The notes under the pieces were generated by a model that saw only the letters and a program-made list of their open reading frames with translations, did not search any database and was not told the origin of the DNA. From Camelus dromedarius (taxonomy: Eukaryota): DNA of 64,000 bases. Location: assembly GCF_036321535.1 (NCBI RefSeq), contig NC_087437.1, forward strand, positions 73,720,001 to 73,784,000. The letters are read 5' to 3'. Shown in pieces: positions 38,990 through 51,715 of the stretch. Position 1 is the first letter of the stretch, and each line of letters starts with the position of its first letter. The translations under genes were made by a program, and so were the position numbers.

Positions 38990-39432
38990 CTTTTACTATC
39001 TGTTATTATTTTTATGTTATCTGTGTTATACCTCATCATAAATACAGAAAAATGCACCAAACATTGTACAGCTCAATAATTAACACGATTTGCACAACCA
39101 TCACCCAGGAAGGAGGCACAGAAGCCTTCTTTAGGTCTCCAGATCATGACCCCCCCTCCTTCTCAGAGGTAACCACTATCCTGACATCTAACAGAATTGT
39201 TTAGTTTTGCCTGTTTTTGGAGTCATATGCCATACATTATTTTATGTCTGATTTCTTTTGTTCAGTTGTTTGTGAGATTCATCTTTGTTGCTGAATATGG
39301 TTGTATTTCATTTATTTTTATTTCTGTAATTATATTTCATTTTATGAACATACCACAATTTACTTATGCATTTTATACCGATGAACATTAGAGATGTTTA
39401 GATTTTGGGGTTATTCCTCCAAAATGCTATTG
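38990..39432 (-). mobile_element. Old L1 (L1ME-like) 3' end
   Basis: cagaggtaaccactatcctgacatctaaca; tgtgagattcatc..tgttg; ttagattttggggttatt. Confidence 0.8.
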
Positions 39433-39434
39433 AC

Positions 39435-40190
39435 TACTACTTCCAACCAAGGTGAAACAACAGGATGGGATAAATCATTCCATCTGAAATAACAACAAAA
39501 CTGGACAAGATATATAACCGTTTTCGAGACATTGGTCATCAGGCAATGAGGGACAGTGATCCCCATGAGATGGGAAATAAATGAAGTAGCCCTATGATTA
39601 CCCCAGATTACTGCCTTGAGAGTTTCCAGGTCATGGGGCATTAGGGGGATTCCAAGTCGACTCCTTGAGTTTGTAAGGCTGGGTACAAGAGATGAGACAG
39701 CTGTGCAGAGACAGAATTCTGGGGATCCTGAAGATTCCCTTTGAGTGCTCAGGAGAATACTAATCAGCACATGCACGTAAGGAAACGACCTGAGGCGGGG
39801 GAAAGAACCACCTGGGAATACTAGAGGAACAGACACCTGAAACTCAGACAATGCTGGAAATAGTGCCTGATCCCCTTTAGTTTGACTGGAAAATCTGATG
39901 ATTCACAGGGCACTGGGTTGGCGTATATTGCTCTGGTCCTACCGTACAAATCTTAAAAGCAAGACCAAGCACATAATTTGTGGGGCCCACTGCAAAATGG
40001 AAATGCCAGGGTCCTTGTTCAAAATCATTGGGACTTTCAAACTGTCAGGAGGGGAGCACTAAGCCGAACCTAGGACCTCGCTAAGCACTCGGCCCGCTGT
40101 GGCTGACTAGGTCACATGCCCATGAAGCAGCTGTGCTTAAAAGCAAGATCTGAAAGAGTCAGACTGTTTCCACGTAACTCAGCTTTGTCT
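39435..40190 (+). mobile_element. Old L1 (L1M4/MC/MD-type) 5'-UTR fragment, interrupted by MER45A
   Basis: aaaactggacaagatatataac.gttttc.agacattgg.catcaggcaatgagggacagtgatccc..gagatgggaaataaatga matches recalled L1M 5' ends. Confidence 0.7.
39960..40135 (-). mobile_element. MER45A (hAT-Tip100) MITE
   Basis: acataatttgtggggcccactgcaaaatggaaatg ... ggtcacatgcccatgaagc. Perfect 8-bp TSD cttaaaag at 39952-39959 and 40136-40143. Confidence 0.93.
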
Positions 40191-40194
40191 CTCA

Positions 40195-40690
40195 AGCCTT
40201 TGTAGATCTGCTGCTCTTGTCTGCTTTTTTATTTCTTTCGTATTGTTTTGATCCTTCCTAGGCATTATCACTTTTGATTGAATGCTGGATAATGTATGTG
40301 AAAAATTGCAGAAATAATTTGTAACCTAGAATGATAATATCTCCCTCGGAGAGGATACATTTTTTTTTTTTTTTTCTGGCAATCTGGAACAATAGAAAGC
40401 TAGAATTTCCTTTATCTATTTTGAGAGATTGAGTTAACTCATGTCAGGCTGTGGTTACAGCAAGGGCTGACTTACTTCTGGTTAAGTCTTACTCCCACTG
40501 TGCGTTCCTTCATGGTTCCAACCTGAAACTTGCCTTTTTGAGAGATCTTGACTCTGGCAGGCCCTGGAGTTCACTCTTTCATATTTATTATTGTCCTCTT
40601 GGTCCCGTTGGTTTTGATTAGTTTCTTAGACTTTCAGCCACCTCTTCGTGAATTGGCAGTTGCTTCATTCAAGGGAAAATTTGGCCCCCT
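40195..40690 (-). mobile_element. Old L1 5'-region fragment (L1ME-like)
   Basis: ttttgattgaatgctggataatgtatgtgaaaaattgcagaaataattt ... gatgataatatct-like tract, as in reverse L1ME 5' sequence. Confidence 0.55.
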
Positions 40691-40784
40691 CACAACTAAC
40701 CAAGGATGATTCTAAAAATCTCTCTAGCTGGATTTAAGCAATAGCTTCATTTTTAAGAGGAAATGGCAAAATAAACTTTGTGGC

Positions 40785-40980
40785 TTCCACAGGGTTAGAT
40801 GCTTTACAAATCTCATTTAAATATTTTTCACAGTCATATCAGGTAGGGAGTAATATCTTCATTTTAGAAAGTTGGATTCTCATTCTCAGGTAAATTAAAT
40901 AAGGTACCCAATTTACCACACATTAAATGGTAGAGTCACCATGTATACTTGGTCTTGCTAAAGTCAAAGCCTGTTTTCTT
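40785..40980 (-). mobile_element. MIR SINE
   Basis: gctttacaaatctcatttaa ... aggtaggg..taatatcttcattttaga. Confidence 0.65.
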
Positions 40981-43214
40981 TAAAGAAAACAACATTCTTT
41001 TATTTAACATAATGTGGAGTGCAGATTTTACAAGTCTAATATTTATAGTGTTGTGGAGACTGCTAGAACTAAATTTAAAATCTGCATTTAATGAGTAAAA
41101 TAGCTAACAGTGTTAAATGTGGTCTGCATGATGACACTCTATTTAAGGACTGATTTTAAAATTTATTCTAGTGGGTCGAATAGAATGGAGATTTGCCCTT
41201 GTATCAAAGAAGGCTCAATGAAAAAAATCTTTTACAAATCCTTTTCGGTGATATATTGCAAATATAGAGTACCTATTACCCAGCTAAGCAAATGTGTATG
41301 TGCATGTGTGCATGTGTGTCTGATGGAGATCAGAAAACAGGCAGGTGTCTTGGAATCATTTCAGTCCATCTTTTAGCACTTATCCTCTGTCTTGGGTTCA
41401 TCTGTTGGCTGGAAATGGTAATAACTTGGCGATGCATTACACTGTTATGCTGTATTTGAATGACTTTGAAGACCTTACTAAATCCCTGAGAGCTATGGTT
41501 TTATCATAAACTCTGACATGAAACCAGTATGATCTTTTTATAATAACTTGGCTGTACAATATTTATCACTTACAAATGTAAGCATATATAGCCAGGCTGT
41601 TTTCCTCTTCCTTTAAAGCCTGTATTAGCATGTAACCACATCCAAAAGAAAAAGATACAAATCCCACTTTAAAAAAACTGAAAGTGTTTTGGTTTACAAA
41701 TTCAGTTATACCACTCATCATATTAAAAACATCTCTAAAATTTCCCCTAAAGGATCTGTTTCTCTCCAAATTTCCAATCCTCAGAACTACCTAAAGCTCT
41801 GTCTTTCTTATCTCTCCCTCCCAGCGCCCCCTCTGGCTGCAGTCTTTGGTATGTAAAGCTGAGGTCACCACTGGATGACCTGCAGTCTGAATACAGCCCG
41901 TGGGTATTTGGAGTTTGGCCTTTACAGAGTGTTGAAAAATTTGAGTCAGTTGCCAACCTTTGAAAGTCAGAATATTTCGTGTTATTTTGGCTTCCCTTGG
42001 CAAACCAGAAGATCTGGTGACCTTATGCTTTCTTCCCTTAGGGCACTTTTCACTCTGTGCTTCAAAACAATGTATAGTCTCCACTCAGCCCCTTCTTGGA
42101 CATTCAGATTGGCAGCGTCTGTAGTAAAGTGGGCCAAGCTGGATTGTGCTTCTCTCACTTGCATTCACCTTCCTCAACTAAACATAAATGATATATTCAT
42201 GGGCCTCTGTCCATTGAAAGGCTGTAATGGGATGTCTGAACGGGTGAGCATAAGTACTTATAATTTAAGTGTTTCCGTCACATAAAAATCAAGTACAAGT
42301 GTCTGCCCCTTAAAACCTACCTAGTAGTGGAGCTATTAGGTGTCCCTCTCACCCAGGGTAGGCACACCTATTTGTATTCCTTGGCCTATTTAGGGCAAGG
42401 CTTCTTGGAAGGGAGAGGGGCAACGTTGACATTTTGCTGTTTTCTGTCTATATCTGTCACATCAAACCCTTGTGATGTGAAATTCTGCTTCACTGGTGCT
42501 GATCTTTTTCACGTCCTTATGTACGGGTAGCACTGAGACTTCAATTATCCTAAAGGGTCTCTATTAAAGAGAATTTTCATATTTTTTCATCACACATAAT
42601 ACACTGATTTGCTCTAATTTCAGCATGTAATTTTTTTCTCCACAGGCAAGCTTCTGAGGCATTTTGCCAAAGCAGATATTTGAATGGTGACGCTCTCTTA
42701 AACAAGAGAGAAGTTAAACTGAAACCCAGCTATTAATGGAGAAGGTGGGGGAAAAGCAAAGATCTATAGGCACTTGCCTGAGCCCTCAATTAGAAAAGTA
42801 AGGAATATGTATAGGTTAGCAAAGAGGGAATAAAAGGAATTGAAGATGGTTAGATTGTAGAATATAAAATATGCTTGCAAAAAATTTCTAGTATTTGGTT
42901 CTCAGAGACAAATAACAAAAATCAAGAAATTTTAAGAGTTAGAATTTTGTGGACATCTATTAATCAAGCTGCTAGAAGTTAATGGCATCTAAACGCAAGC
43001 TCTGTTTTATTTTACAGAATTTGACCTCCTAGGCAACTATCTTATTACATTCATGATTCTCCACATGGCCTAATTTTAAGGTATTTACAAATGTAGAAAC
43101 ATTGCTTTGGGATAGGTGTTTAGATTTTGCAATTTCAATTTATATCAGATTTATCATAGTCTAACGATGCTGCTACCCAAACCACTGTGGTCTTTCTCTA
43201 TGATTAAAGACAAG

Positions 43215-43355
43215 CCTTTTATTTTTTAAATTTTTAAAAATTGTGTTAAAATATACAGAACATTGAATTTACCATCTTAAACATTTTAAAGTATATAGTT
43301 CAGTACTGTTAAGTGCATGCACAGTGTTGTGCAACCAGTCCCTAGGACTTTTTTC
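43215..43355 (-). mobile_element. Short L1 3'-terminal fragment (L1MA/MB-like)
   Basis: ttgtgttaaaatatacagaacattgaatttaccatcttaaacattttaaagtatatagttcagt ... gttgtgcaacca. Confidence 0.8.
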
Positions 43356-44857
43356 TTAGGACAAGACTTTTAACCTCCATCAGAGTTATAACATCTTTAA
43401 AATTAGTCATTTTAAATATTAATCAGCTTTTCAATGAAATGATACTAATGCACTTCATAAAAGGGTTGATGAATTCTTTGATAGCTGTCTCAGGATGTAA
43501 TGTGCTTTTTGGAATATGTAGTGTTTTGTTGCAAGCTAAGTATAAACATAATATTAGTGAAAGATTTCAGCATGATTGATTCCAATTATACAAAGTGATG
43601 AAAGAAGGAATATCACTAGGTACCTTAAAGCCGATGTTTTATATTTATCCTCCCATTGTCGTCTCTCCAGTCTTCTCCAGGACAAAGTCATGCTTCCTCT
43701 GCATGTGCGACTCCTACAGAATTCTGAGGAAGTTTAGACATGCTGTTAGGGAACTAGGCATTTTTCCAACAATTTTTTTTTCCTTTTGTCCCCTTTTGCT
43801 TCCTTTTCCAGATGCCTATCTTAGTTTAATTCCTTCTCTTTCCTGATTCGTTGTTACCTATTCTATTTCAATATTCCGTAGTCACTTGCTTTTGCTTTTC
43901 CTAATTTTCACACTCAACGATGGTATTTCTTCTTTTCCTTTCTTTTCACTCCCTTCTCTTCTCTTTCCTTTCCTTCATTCTCACTCACTCTTTTGCTCAT
44001 TTATTTATGTTATTTACATATTTACCTTTACTTATTTTGTGGTGTATAAAAATTAACTGCCATGTGTGCTGTTACACTAATTTTCATAAAGCATATGATA
44101 CAACCTTGAGGACAGGAAGGGAACTATGTATGACCTAAGTGTTCCCCACCTGCATGGTCACCACCTACGAAGGAGAAGCATCCAGTGTCCCCCAGCTCTT
44201 CCCCTTCTAAGGGTCACCATCCTCAGGTGTGCAGTGGTGCACCCAGCACCAGCTCCAATTTGCTTCCTACATCCTGTGACTGTTTTCTGCTCTCCACTCT
44301 GTGTTGCTCTAAGAATGCACGAGATTCTGCAGAGCACCATTAATACAAGACTGTCAAGTGTCATAGGCTTTTAGAAAAGGTTGCGGTTGTGTTGGTAATT
44401 ACAGCAAAGAAAGAAAATAACTTCACCTAAGTGTTAGACAGAAATTTTCCTGGAAATGTATCAGCCTTTCTCCACCAGAGGGAAATTTTTTCTCATTTAC
44501 AGTGTTTCTTCTAAAGCCCTGGGCTCCTCTGTGGATAGTCGGGCCTCATTACATATGATTCTACATTGAGGTATTTGAAAATCCTAAATTTCTCTAAGCC
44601 ATTTGAAATTCAAGGAACATATGGTCAACATAATGACACCTCTCTACTTTTGTATCAACAGGGAAACTTTATGTTCACAATTTTCAGAGTAAAGTTGAAC
44701 TTTGTAATAGCTTAACTAAGCATTGCAGGATAGAGCAGTTTTATTTCATCAGAGTATCTTGACCAAATCAATAAAATTTTCTGCTCTGAAAGAATGAAGC
44801 TGTTAGTTTTAGTCATCAGAATAAAGTTGGGGTTTTTGCTCATTTGTTTGTTTTTTT

Positions 44858-45478
44858 TTTTTTTAACTTTTTTTTTTATTGAGTTATAGTCATTTTACAA
44901 TGTTGTGTCAAATTCCAGTGTAGAGCACAATTTTTCAGTTATACATGAACACACATACATTCATTGTCACATTCTCTTTCGCTGTGAGCCACCATAAGAT
45001 CCTGTATATATTTCCCTGTGCTACACTGTACAATCTTGTTTATCTATTCTACATTTAAAATCGCAGTCTGTCCCTTCCCACCCCCCACCCCCTTGGCAAC
45101 CACAAGTTTGTATTCTATGTCTATGAGTCTGTTTCTGTTTTGTATTTATGTTTTTTTTTAGATTCTGCATATGAGTGATCTCATATGGTATTTTTCTTTC
45201 TCTTTCTGGCTTACTTCACTTAGAAGGACATTCTCCAGTAACATCCGTGTTGCTGCAAATGGCATTATGTTGTTGTTTTTTATGGCTGAATAGTATTCCA
45301 TCGTATAAATATACCAATCTTCTTTATCCAGTCATCTGTTGATGGACATTTAGGCTGTTTCCATGTCTTGGCTATTGTAAATAGTGCTGCTATGAACACT
45401 GGGGTGCAGGTGTCATTTTGAAGTAGGGTTCCTTCTGGATATATGCCCAGGAGTGGGATTCCTGCGTCATATGGTAAG
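44858..45478 (-). mobile_element. Young lineage-specific 5'-truncated L1 (camelid-like 3' UTR)
   Basis: ORF2 end PYDAGIPLLGIYP...CTPVFIAALFTIAKTWKQPKCPSTDDWIKK. Long poly(T) tail. TSD catttgtttgttttttt at 44841-44857 and 45479-45495, followed by AA. Confidence 0.96.
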
Positions 45479-45914
45479 CATTTGTTTGTTTTTTTAATTC
45501 CACTAAGTGACAATAAATCCAACTAGCTCAAAATATAACTCTGGTTCTGTTTTTAGTATTCCAATATAGCTCAATTTTACTTTAAAAATTTTTATGGTAA
45601 TAAGCATTAAACATTATTATTTAAAAACCCCAAATGTACCATAACCCCATCATATAACAAAGCATTTTAAAATGTCTCCTTCTTCCATGTTCATAGATAA
45701 TTTTATGTAGCTGCTCTGATTGAGTTCTACTTTTAAAGTTATTTCATTATAAATATTTATAGAGAGGATGTACTTAATATAATTAGTAATTTAACAGGCA
45801 TGTAATATTCTGTTGAAAAATAGCCTTATTCACTTAGCCATTCCTTAGTTAAACATATAGGTTGTTTCCAGTATTTTGCTATTTAAAATAGTGCTAAGAT
45901 AAACAACTTATCAC

Positions 45915-46600
45915 ATCATTGAATAAATATTTATTGAGTGCCTACTGTATCCCAGGCACTATTTCTAGGCAATAAAGTATAAGAGTCAATAAGTGAAAAT
46001 TCCTGCCCTCATGGGCCTTATATCCACTGGGAAAGAGCATAGGAAATAAATCAAATGAGCAAGTTACGTAGCATACTTGAAGGTGGTAAGTGCAGTGGAG
46101 AAAAATAAGGCAGGGAAGGGACTGGGGAATGCAGAGGGTGGAGGATGATATTTAATAGAATGGTCTGGGAGACCTGTTGAGAGGGTAACATATAAGTAAA
46201 GACTTAAAGAAGTGAGGAATATGTCATATCTGGCCTGGGGCAGGAATATATCCAGCATGGTTCTGGTCCTAGGAAGAGCAAGGAGTTCCTGTGACTGGAA
46301 TGGTGAAAGAGGAAGTCAGATAAATAATGCAGTCTAGATCTTACATGGTCTTGAACTCTGTAAGGGCTCTGCCTTTTGAGAATAGGGAGCTATTGAGAAT
46401 TTTAAGCAGAGAAATGACATGCATTGACATGTTAACAGAATTACTCTTGCTACTGTATTAACTCTTATGGGGTTATAGTAAAGGCAGGGAGGTCCAATAG
46501 GAGGTGCCTTGGACCATGGTGGTACCAGTCAATGGTGGGACATTATGGAAAGTGATCACATTCTACATTTTCAAGGTAGAGAGCTGGCAGGATGTTTAAA
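45915..46600 (-). mobile_element. L2 LINE 3' end
   Basis: aataaatatttattgagtgcctactgtatcccaggcactatttctaggc ... ttttaagcagagaaatgacatg. Confidence 0.88.
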
Positions 46601-47368
46601 ATGCCACCATCAATATAACTGTGTCCTTCCTAATATTTGATGTCATTTACATACATATGTATAACAATTTGGTGGTATTTTTAAGTTATTTTAAAGTTTG
46701 CTTTTAATTTCATGAGCTCACAAATGTGAACACCGTCCTGCATATTTATCAACATTGCCGGTATTGATGATAGTCTCTTTCCTCTTACTTTGCTCACTTA
46801 GCCATTTGAAGTCCTACAGCCATTCTAGTAAATTTCAGAAGATCTTTATATACGTACAATAACATTTTACTTATAAAGCTTACAAATATTATACATTAAA
46901 TATCACTCGTCCACCCCAGCTCTTTGTTTTCATTTTCAAAATACACTATAAAATAACTGTGTGATGTTGTAAAACTGATCAGCTAATCAAAACTGCATGA
47001 AATACTATTTCAGTTTTGGTTCCAATTTATCCAAATATTAACATCTTAAATATTATGATCTTTTATTCTAAAATGATATTCCTGGGAGAGAAGGGTCGGA
47101 GCTACAGAGAACCCAGCCCCAGCTGTGATGGCTGCCGTTCTTTGGCTCCTTATGTCTTGCTCTTGGAGCCTGGGGCTGCGGGCGGCCCCATCTCTGCGTC
47201 GGGAAGCTCGCCATCTGCAATCACCACTCTGAGTAATCCCCAACTGCATCCTGCAGCTGAATTCTTTGTCTTTTACATCATTTGGTATTTCAAGAGATCT
47301 TAAAGATATTGTTCATGTAGGTTATTCATAAATGCCAAATTCCTCTCATGGACCAGATGTTTAGTTGT

Positions 47369-48348
47369 TGTATTTGTGGGCTGGGGCTGCCATAACCAAA
47401 TACCTCAAAACTGGTGACTTAAAACAACAGAAACTCCCTCAGAATTCTGGAGGCTAGAAATCCAAAATCAAGGTATCACAGGGCCACGTTCTTTCTGAAG
47501 GCTCTATGGTTGAGTCTGTTCCATGCCTTTTTCTTAGCTTCTGAGTTGCCAGCAATCCTTGGCATTCCTTGGCTTATAGACACATCATTCTGATCTCTGC
47601 CTCTGCTGTGTTACCCAAAATTTCAGAAACAGAGACCGGATTGAAATAAAGAGGTGTTTATTTGGGGTTTGTTAGGACTTCAGCCCAGGAGACACAGATT
47701 CAAGAAGCACTTGAATTGTGTTCTGTCAAACTACAAAATGGGGGAAGCTTATGAAGGCAAATGAAAAGCAAGATTATATAAATTGTTTGTCAAGAATTAG
47801 GATTGGAGCTGGCAAGAGGTAAAGGTGCTTGTTAAGCAAGGATTGGTTGGGGTTCGAAATGATTACAAATTGTGAAAGGTGGGTGGGGGGACTTTGAAAC
47901 TGCAAAGTTGCAGATAGCAGCTGCTGCTTTGAAAATAGCTGGTGGTGTTTTCGAGTTTGATACAGTTCAGAGAAAGTTCAAGTTCTCAGTGATGCAAGAA
48001 CCTATCTGAAACTACAACCACGATGGCTACCTGGCTCCATTTCTGGTGCTTGAGCCATAGTTACTCCATTTTGATTTTTAAATGATCTTAAGTATGCCAT
48101 CACTTGTCATGTGACATTCTCCCTTTGTGTGTTCACATCATTTTCTTTCTTTGTGTGTCTCTGTGTCCTTTTTCCTCTTCTCATGAGGATACTAGTCATA
48201 TCGGATTAAGGCTCACTCTAATCTAGTAGGACTTCATTTTAACCTGATTATGTCTGCATAGACCCTATTTATAAATAAGACCACATTGACAATCACTAAG
48301 GGTTAGGAATTCTGCCTATCTTTTGGGGTGACAATGCAAACTCTAAAA
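47369..48348 (-). mobile_element. MaLR solo LTR (MLT1B/C-like) split by a nested LTR
   Basis: ggctgccataaccaaatacc..aactggtgacttaaaacaacagaaa; ttctggaggctagaaatccaaaatcaagg. Resumes after 48094 with aggatactagtcatatcggattaagg. Confidence 0.92.
47609..48094 (-). mobile_element. ERV solo LTR nested in MLT1
   Basis: Begins TG. tttatt near the left end is a reverse poly(A) signal. Contains cagcccaggagacacagattcaagaagcacttgaattgtgttc and paired ctccattt motifs. Flanks tgctg / tgcca. Confidence 0.8.
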
Positions 48349-48489
48349 ATTGGTTTGAGAAAGAGAGATAATTTCCAAAGGAAACAGCCTAAAAAATGTA
48401 TTCAGAAATAACGTTGGGGTAGAATCTAGCCAGAACTTGAGATGAGATTATTGATATCAGAAAAAGAAGACACAAATTCTCAGCTTTAC

Positions 48490-49125
48490 TGCCCACCCAT
48501 CTTTCAAGGCTCAGCTTAGTTCTACTTTTTTACTGAAGGTTATTGAACTACTCTGAGGATCTCTCACAAACAATATTTATATCATATGTCTTAATTTTGA
48601 TCAAACATTCTTCTGTATTATACTCTAATTGGTTCAAGTGTTTTGATTCCATTTCTCCAACAAGGGCAGGAAACTTGGTATATTTTTCTGAGATCCTCCA
48701 GAAATTTCTAGCAGAGTGTTAGAACCATACAAGATTCCCATAAGCATTTATTGGTTTAAACTGAAATATGTAGGGGCTAGGCTTGACCGGGTGGGCAGTA
48801 AGTTTGGCAGTGAGTTATTTTCTCAACTAACCATTTACTCATCTTTCAAGTCGCAACTAATGTGTCCCTTCTTTAAGAAACCACTTCTCCTCTAACCAAA
48901 GCTGCATTAAGTATCCTTCTTATGAGCTCCCATACCACGCTGAGCTAAGCTGATCACAGCACATTTTAATTTTCTGGTGACTTGTCCCTTTCCCCCACTG
49001 GGTTATGAGCTCCTCCAGGGCAGAGACTGTGCCTCGTCACTGTGGTATTCCTTGTGTCTCGAACAGTGGCTAGGCTACAGTTGGTACGTAATAACTAATT
49101 GTGGAATTAGTTTAATGAATGACTA
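48490..49125 (+). mobile_element. L2 LINE 3' fragments (two)
   Basis: atctttcaaggctcagctt; atgagctcctccagggcagagactgtgcct ... gaacagtggctagg ... ttaatgaatga. Confidence 0.7.
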
Positions 49126-51715
49126 ATCATTAGGCTGAATCATTTCCTTTCCCCTGGCTTTATTTTCCCTGTGTATAAAGTAAGGGTAGAGAAGTGGTGA
49201 TGCTTAACAGATTCTGCCTGCAATTTCAACTGAGGTTAGGTAAACACGAACGTGGTTAGGCAGCTGTACCAATATGTGTGACCTTCCTTTCTGTGTGGCT
49301 TAGAGAACTGTGACTAGGCCACTGATCTCTACTGTGGCTCTGGCCAGGTTGGCAGACAGTTCTGTCCTGGAGTTCAGTTTTATGCAGGCTTTGAGGAGGA
49401 ATCCAGCTGACATTGTTAAAGTTCAAGTGCATAAAATGCCAAGCATGACAAGACAAAAAGATACGCTGCTGGTGACAAATAAACAGGAGCCAAGAGGCTT
49501 AATAGTCAACTTACATCAATTTATTTCCATCTGTTCATATCCACTTAACTACTCCGAGTTTATTTAGAGACAATTATCCATGGCAACAAACTACAGCAGT
49601 TCCTCTGAGGAGTTTGTAATTTAAAAAAAAAAAAAACAAAAAAACTCAATGAAAATTCAAAACCAAGAGACACCATGGTATAATTCCCAAACTAGTTATT
49701 GTTAATTACAAAATAAAATTAAATCTGCCAAAGGGGAAGCAGTGAAATGCACTCCACTCTTTTATAAAGGCATTAGGAGAAAGATAAATTTCTTTGGAAA
49801 GAGACTCTAATGTAGAAGATTATGGATGAAATCAACAAATCATACTTGGCTACTGCTTTGAAAATCCTGAATTTCTTCACCTTGTCTAAGCAAATCCAAT
49901 ATTCATTACTGTCAATTATATGAACAAATCAAAATATTGGGCTTTCCCCTTATTGATGGTTTAGAAACAATTGTTAATGGACCTTTGAATACGAATTTCC
50001 TTTCCTCCCATCTAAGGCATTTGACAAACTAGCTGGAATGTGAGGCACCAATGATTAAGTTTAATGTATCTTCTGGCAAATACTCAATCCAGTTTGAAAG
50101 TTTTACAGACTTGAAATTTTCCATCTTTCCAGGCATTTCAATTGTGATATTTACTATTAACCTCATACGCCACATACCTACCAAATTCATCATCCTTCCA
50201 GCTCTTCCCTTGTTCTACCTTAACTATTGCTGTAAGTGACATCACTCCTTCTCTAGACATCCTGAAGTCTTTGTTGTAGCCTTCTTTTCTTTTAAAACTT
50301 AATATAGGTCAGCATCATTTGTGTTATTAAAAAGACACCGTTTTTAAAAAATTTCTTACTAGGTTTCAAGTGCCTGTTCCATTCTTTTCACTACATGGTG
50401 ACCACTGTCTTTTGTGTTCTTATCTTATGCATTAATTACTATAACAGCTTCCTAATTGATCTCTTTCACTCACCTTGCCACATCACTGGGGAATCACCCT
50501 AAAAATATTGGTTTAATATTCTAAGCACTTCGCTAAAAATGTTTCTCTAATTAACAAAATTTTCCTACTTTCTGCCTTGTAACTTATTTTGAAGTTTCAC
50601 CTTCTAATTGTTTGTTTCTAATACTCAGAATATTTATATCACACAGGGATCTTACAGGTGAAATAATCTAACTGCTCTTAATAAAGCTTTATAAAATGAA
50701 GTAGTAAATAATATAATAAATCTTAGATAAAAGCAGAAATACCCTAATTGAATGGGAAGGGGAGCATAGCATGTGGGAGAGATCATCCTCCGAAACCCAG
50801 GCGAAGGATCACTTCCTGCCCAAAGCTTCTTCGGTTCCTCCAGCCTCAATTCCTGTGAACTTTCTCCCTAGTTATTGTGCATCTTATTAAATACTACGTC
50901 ATGATATCATTTTTTATTTTTTCATTTTTCTTTTTCTTTTTTTTTCCCTGAATGATAAACAAGAAGAGGTGTTATTTTGTAGTCACTTGCTGTGTTAATA
51001 CAAAGTAAAACTATACCCTACCATCACAACTTTTTGTCTTAGCATACGTAGTTTGTTCTCTTTCAAAATGTATTTTGATATGGCAATTTCTTCACAAATT
51101 ATCTTAATATCATCTTCACAAATCATTTTGTTTTTTCACTTTTCTATTGAACTATAGTTGATGTACAATATACATCATAATACCTTTTTATAAATTTGGT
51201 TTCCTTACTTACCTCATAAACTCCAAATATTGATTAATTATGGCCAAACAAAATGCAAATCAAATTTTAGAATTTTGCGGGAAGGGATCTCTTGTACAAT
51301 AGGCAATATATGCATATTTAAGTAGTGAGAAGGCAATTATTCACCTTGCCCGTGAAGAATGAAGGGGAGCACCTTTGTACGGTGTATGCATCTAGTCAAA
51401 TGAAACTTTGAACACACTTGTTCTAACACATATGTCATGTGTATTACTGTCAAAAACAGTGGCGAGATTTTTAAGTCATATAAATGATTTTTAAGTCATG
51501 AAATTATTTTAATTAGTATGAGTTTTCCACATTCAAATTGCCTTTTATATTATTTCACCTGCTACCATAAATAGTTAATTTATAAGCAGTATACATTGGA
51601 TACCTGCTGAATGCCAGTTAATGTTGGATATAGTATTTAAGTTATATTTTGTCTCTACTGTGCTCACAGTGTCACATGAACACACACAACACACATCTGA
51701 ATGTATCATGTACTT

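Noticed and set aside
39411..39851. 146-aa ORF
   Set aside because: It is antisense to an L1 5'-UTR fragment.
51466..51512. Roughly 20-bp tandem duplication of gatttttaagtcat
   Set aside because: Ordinary local slippage with no further structure.
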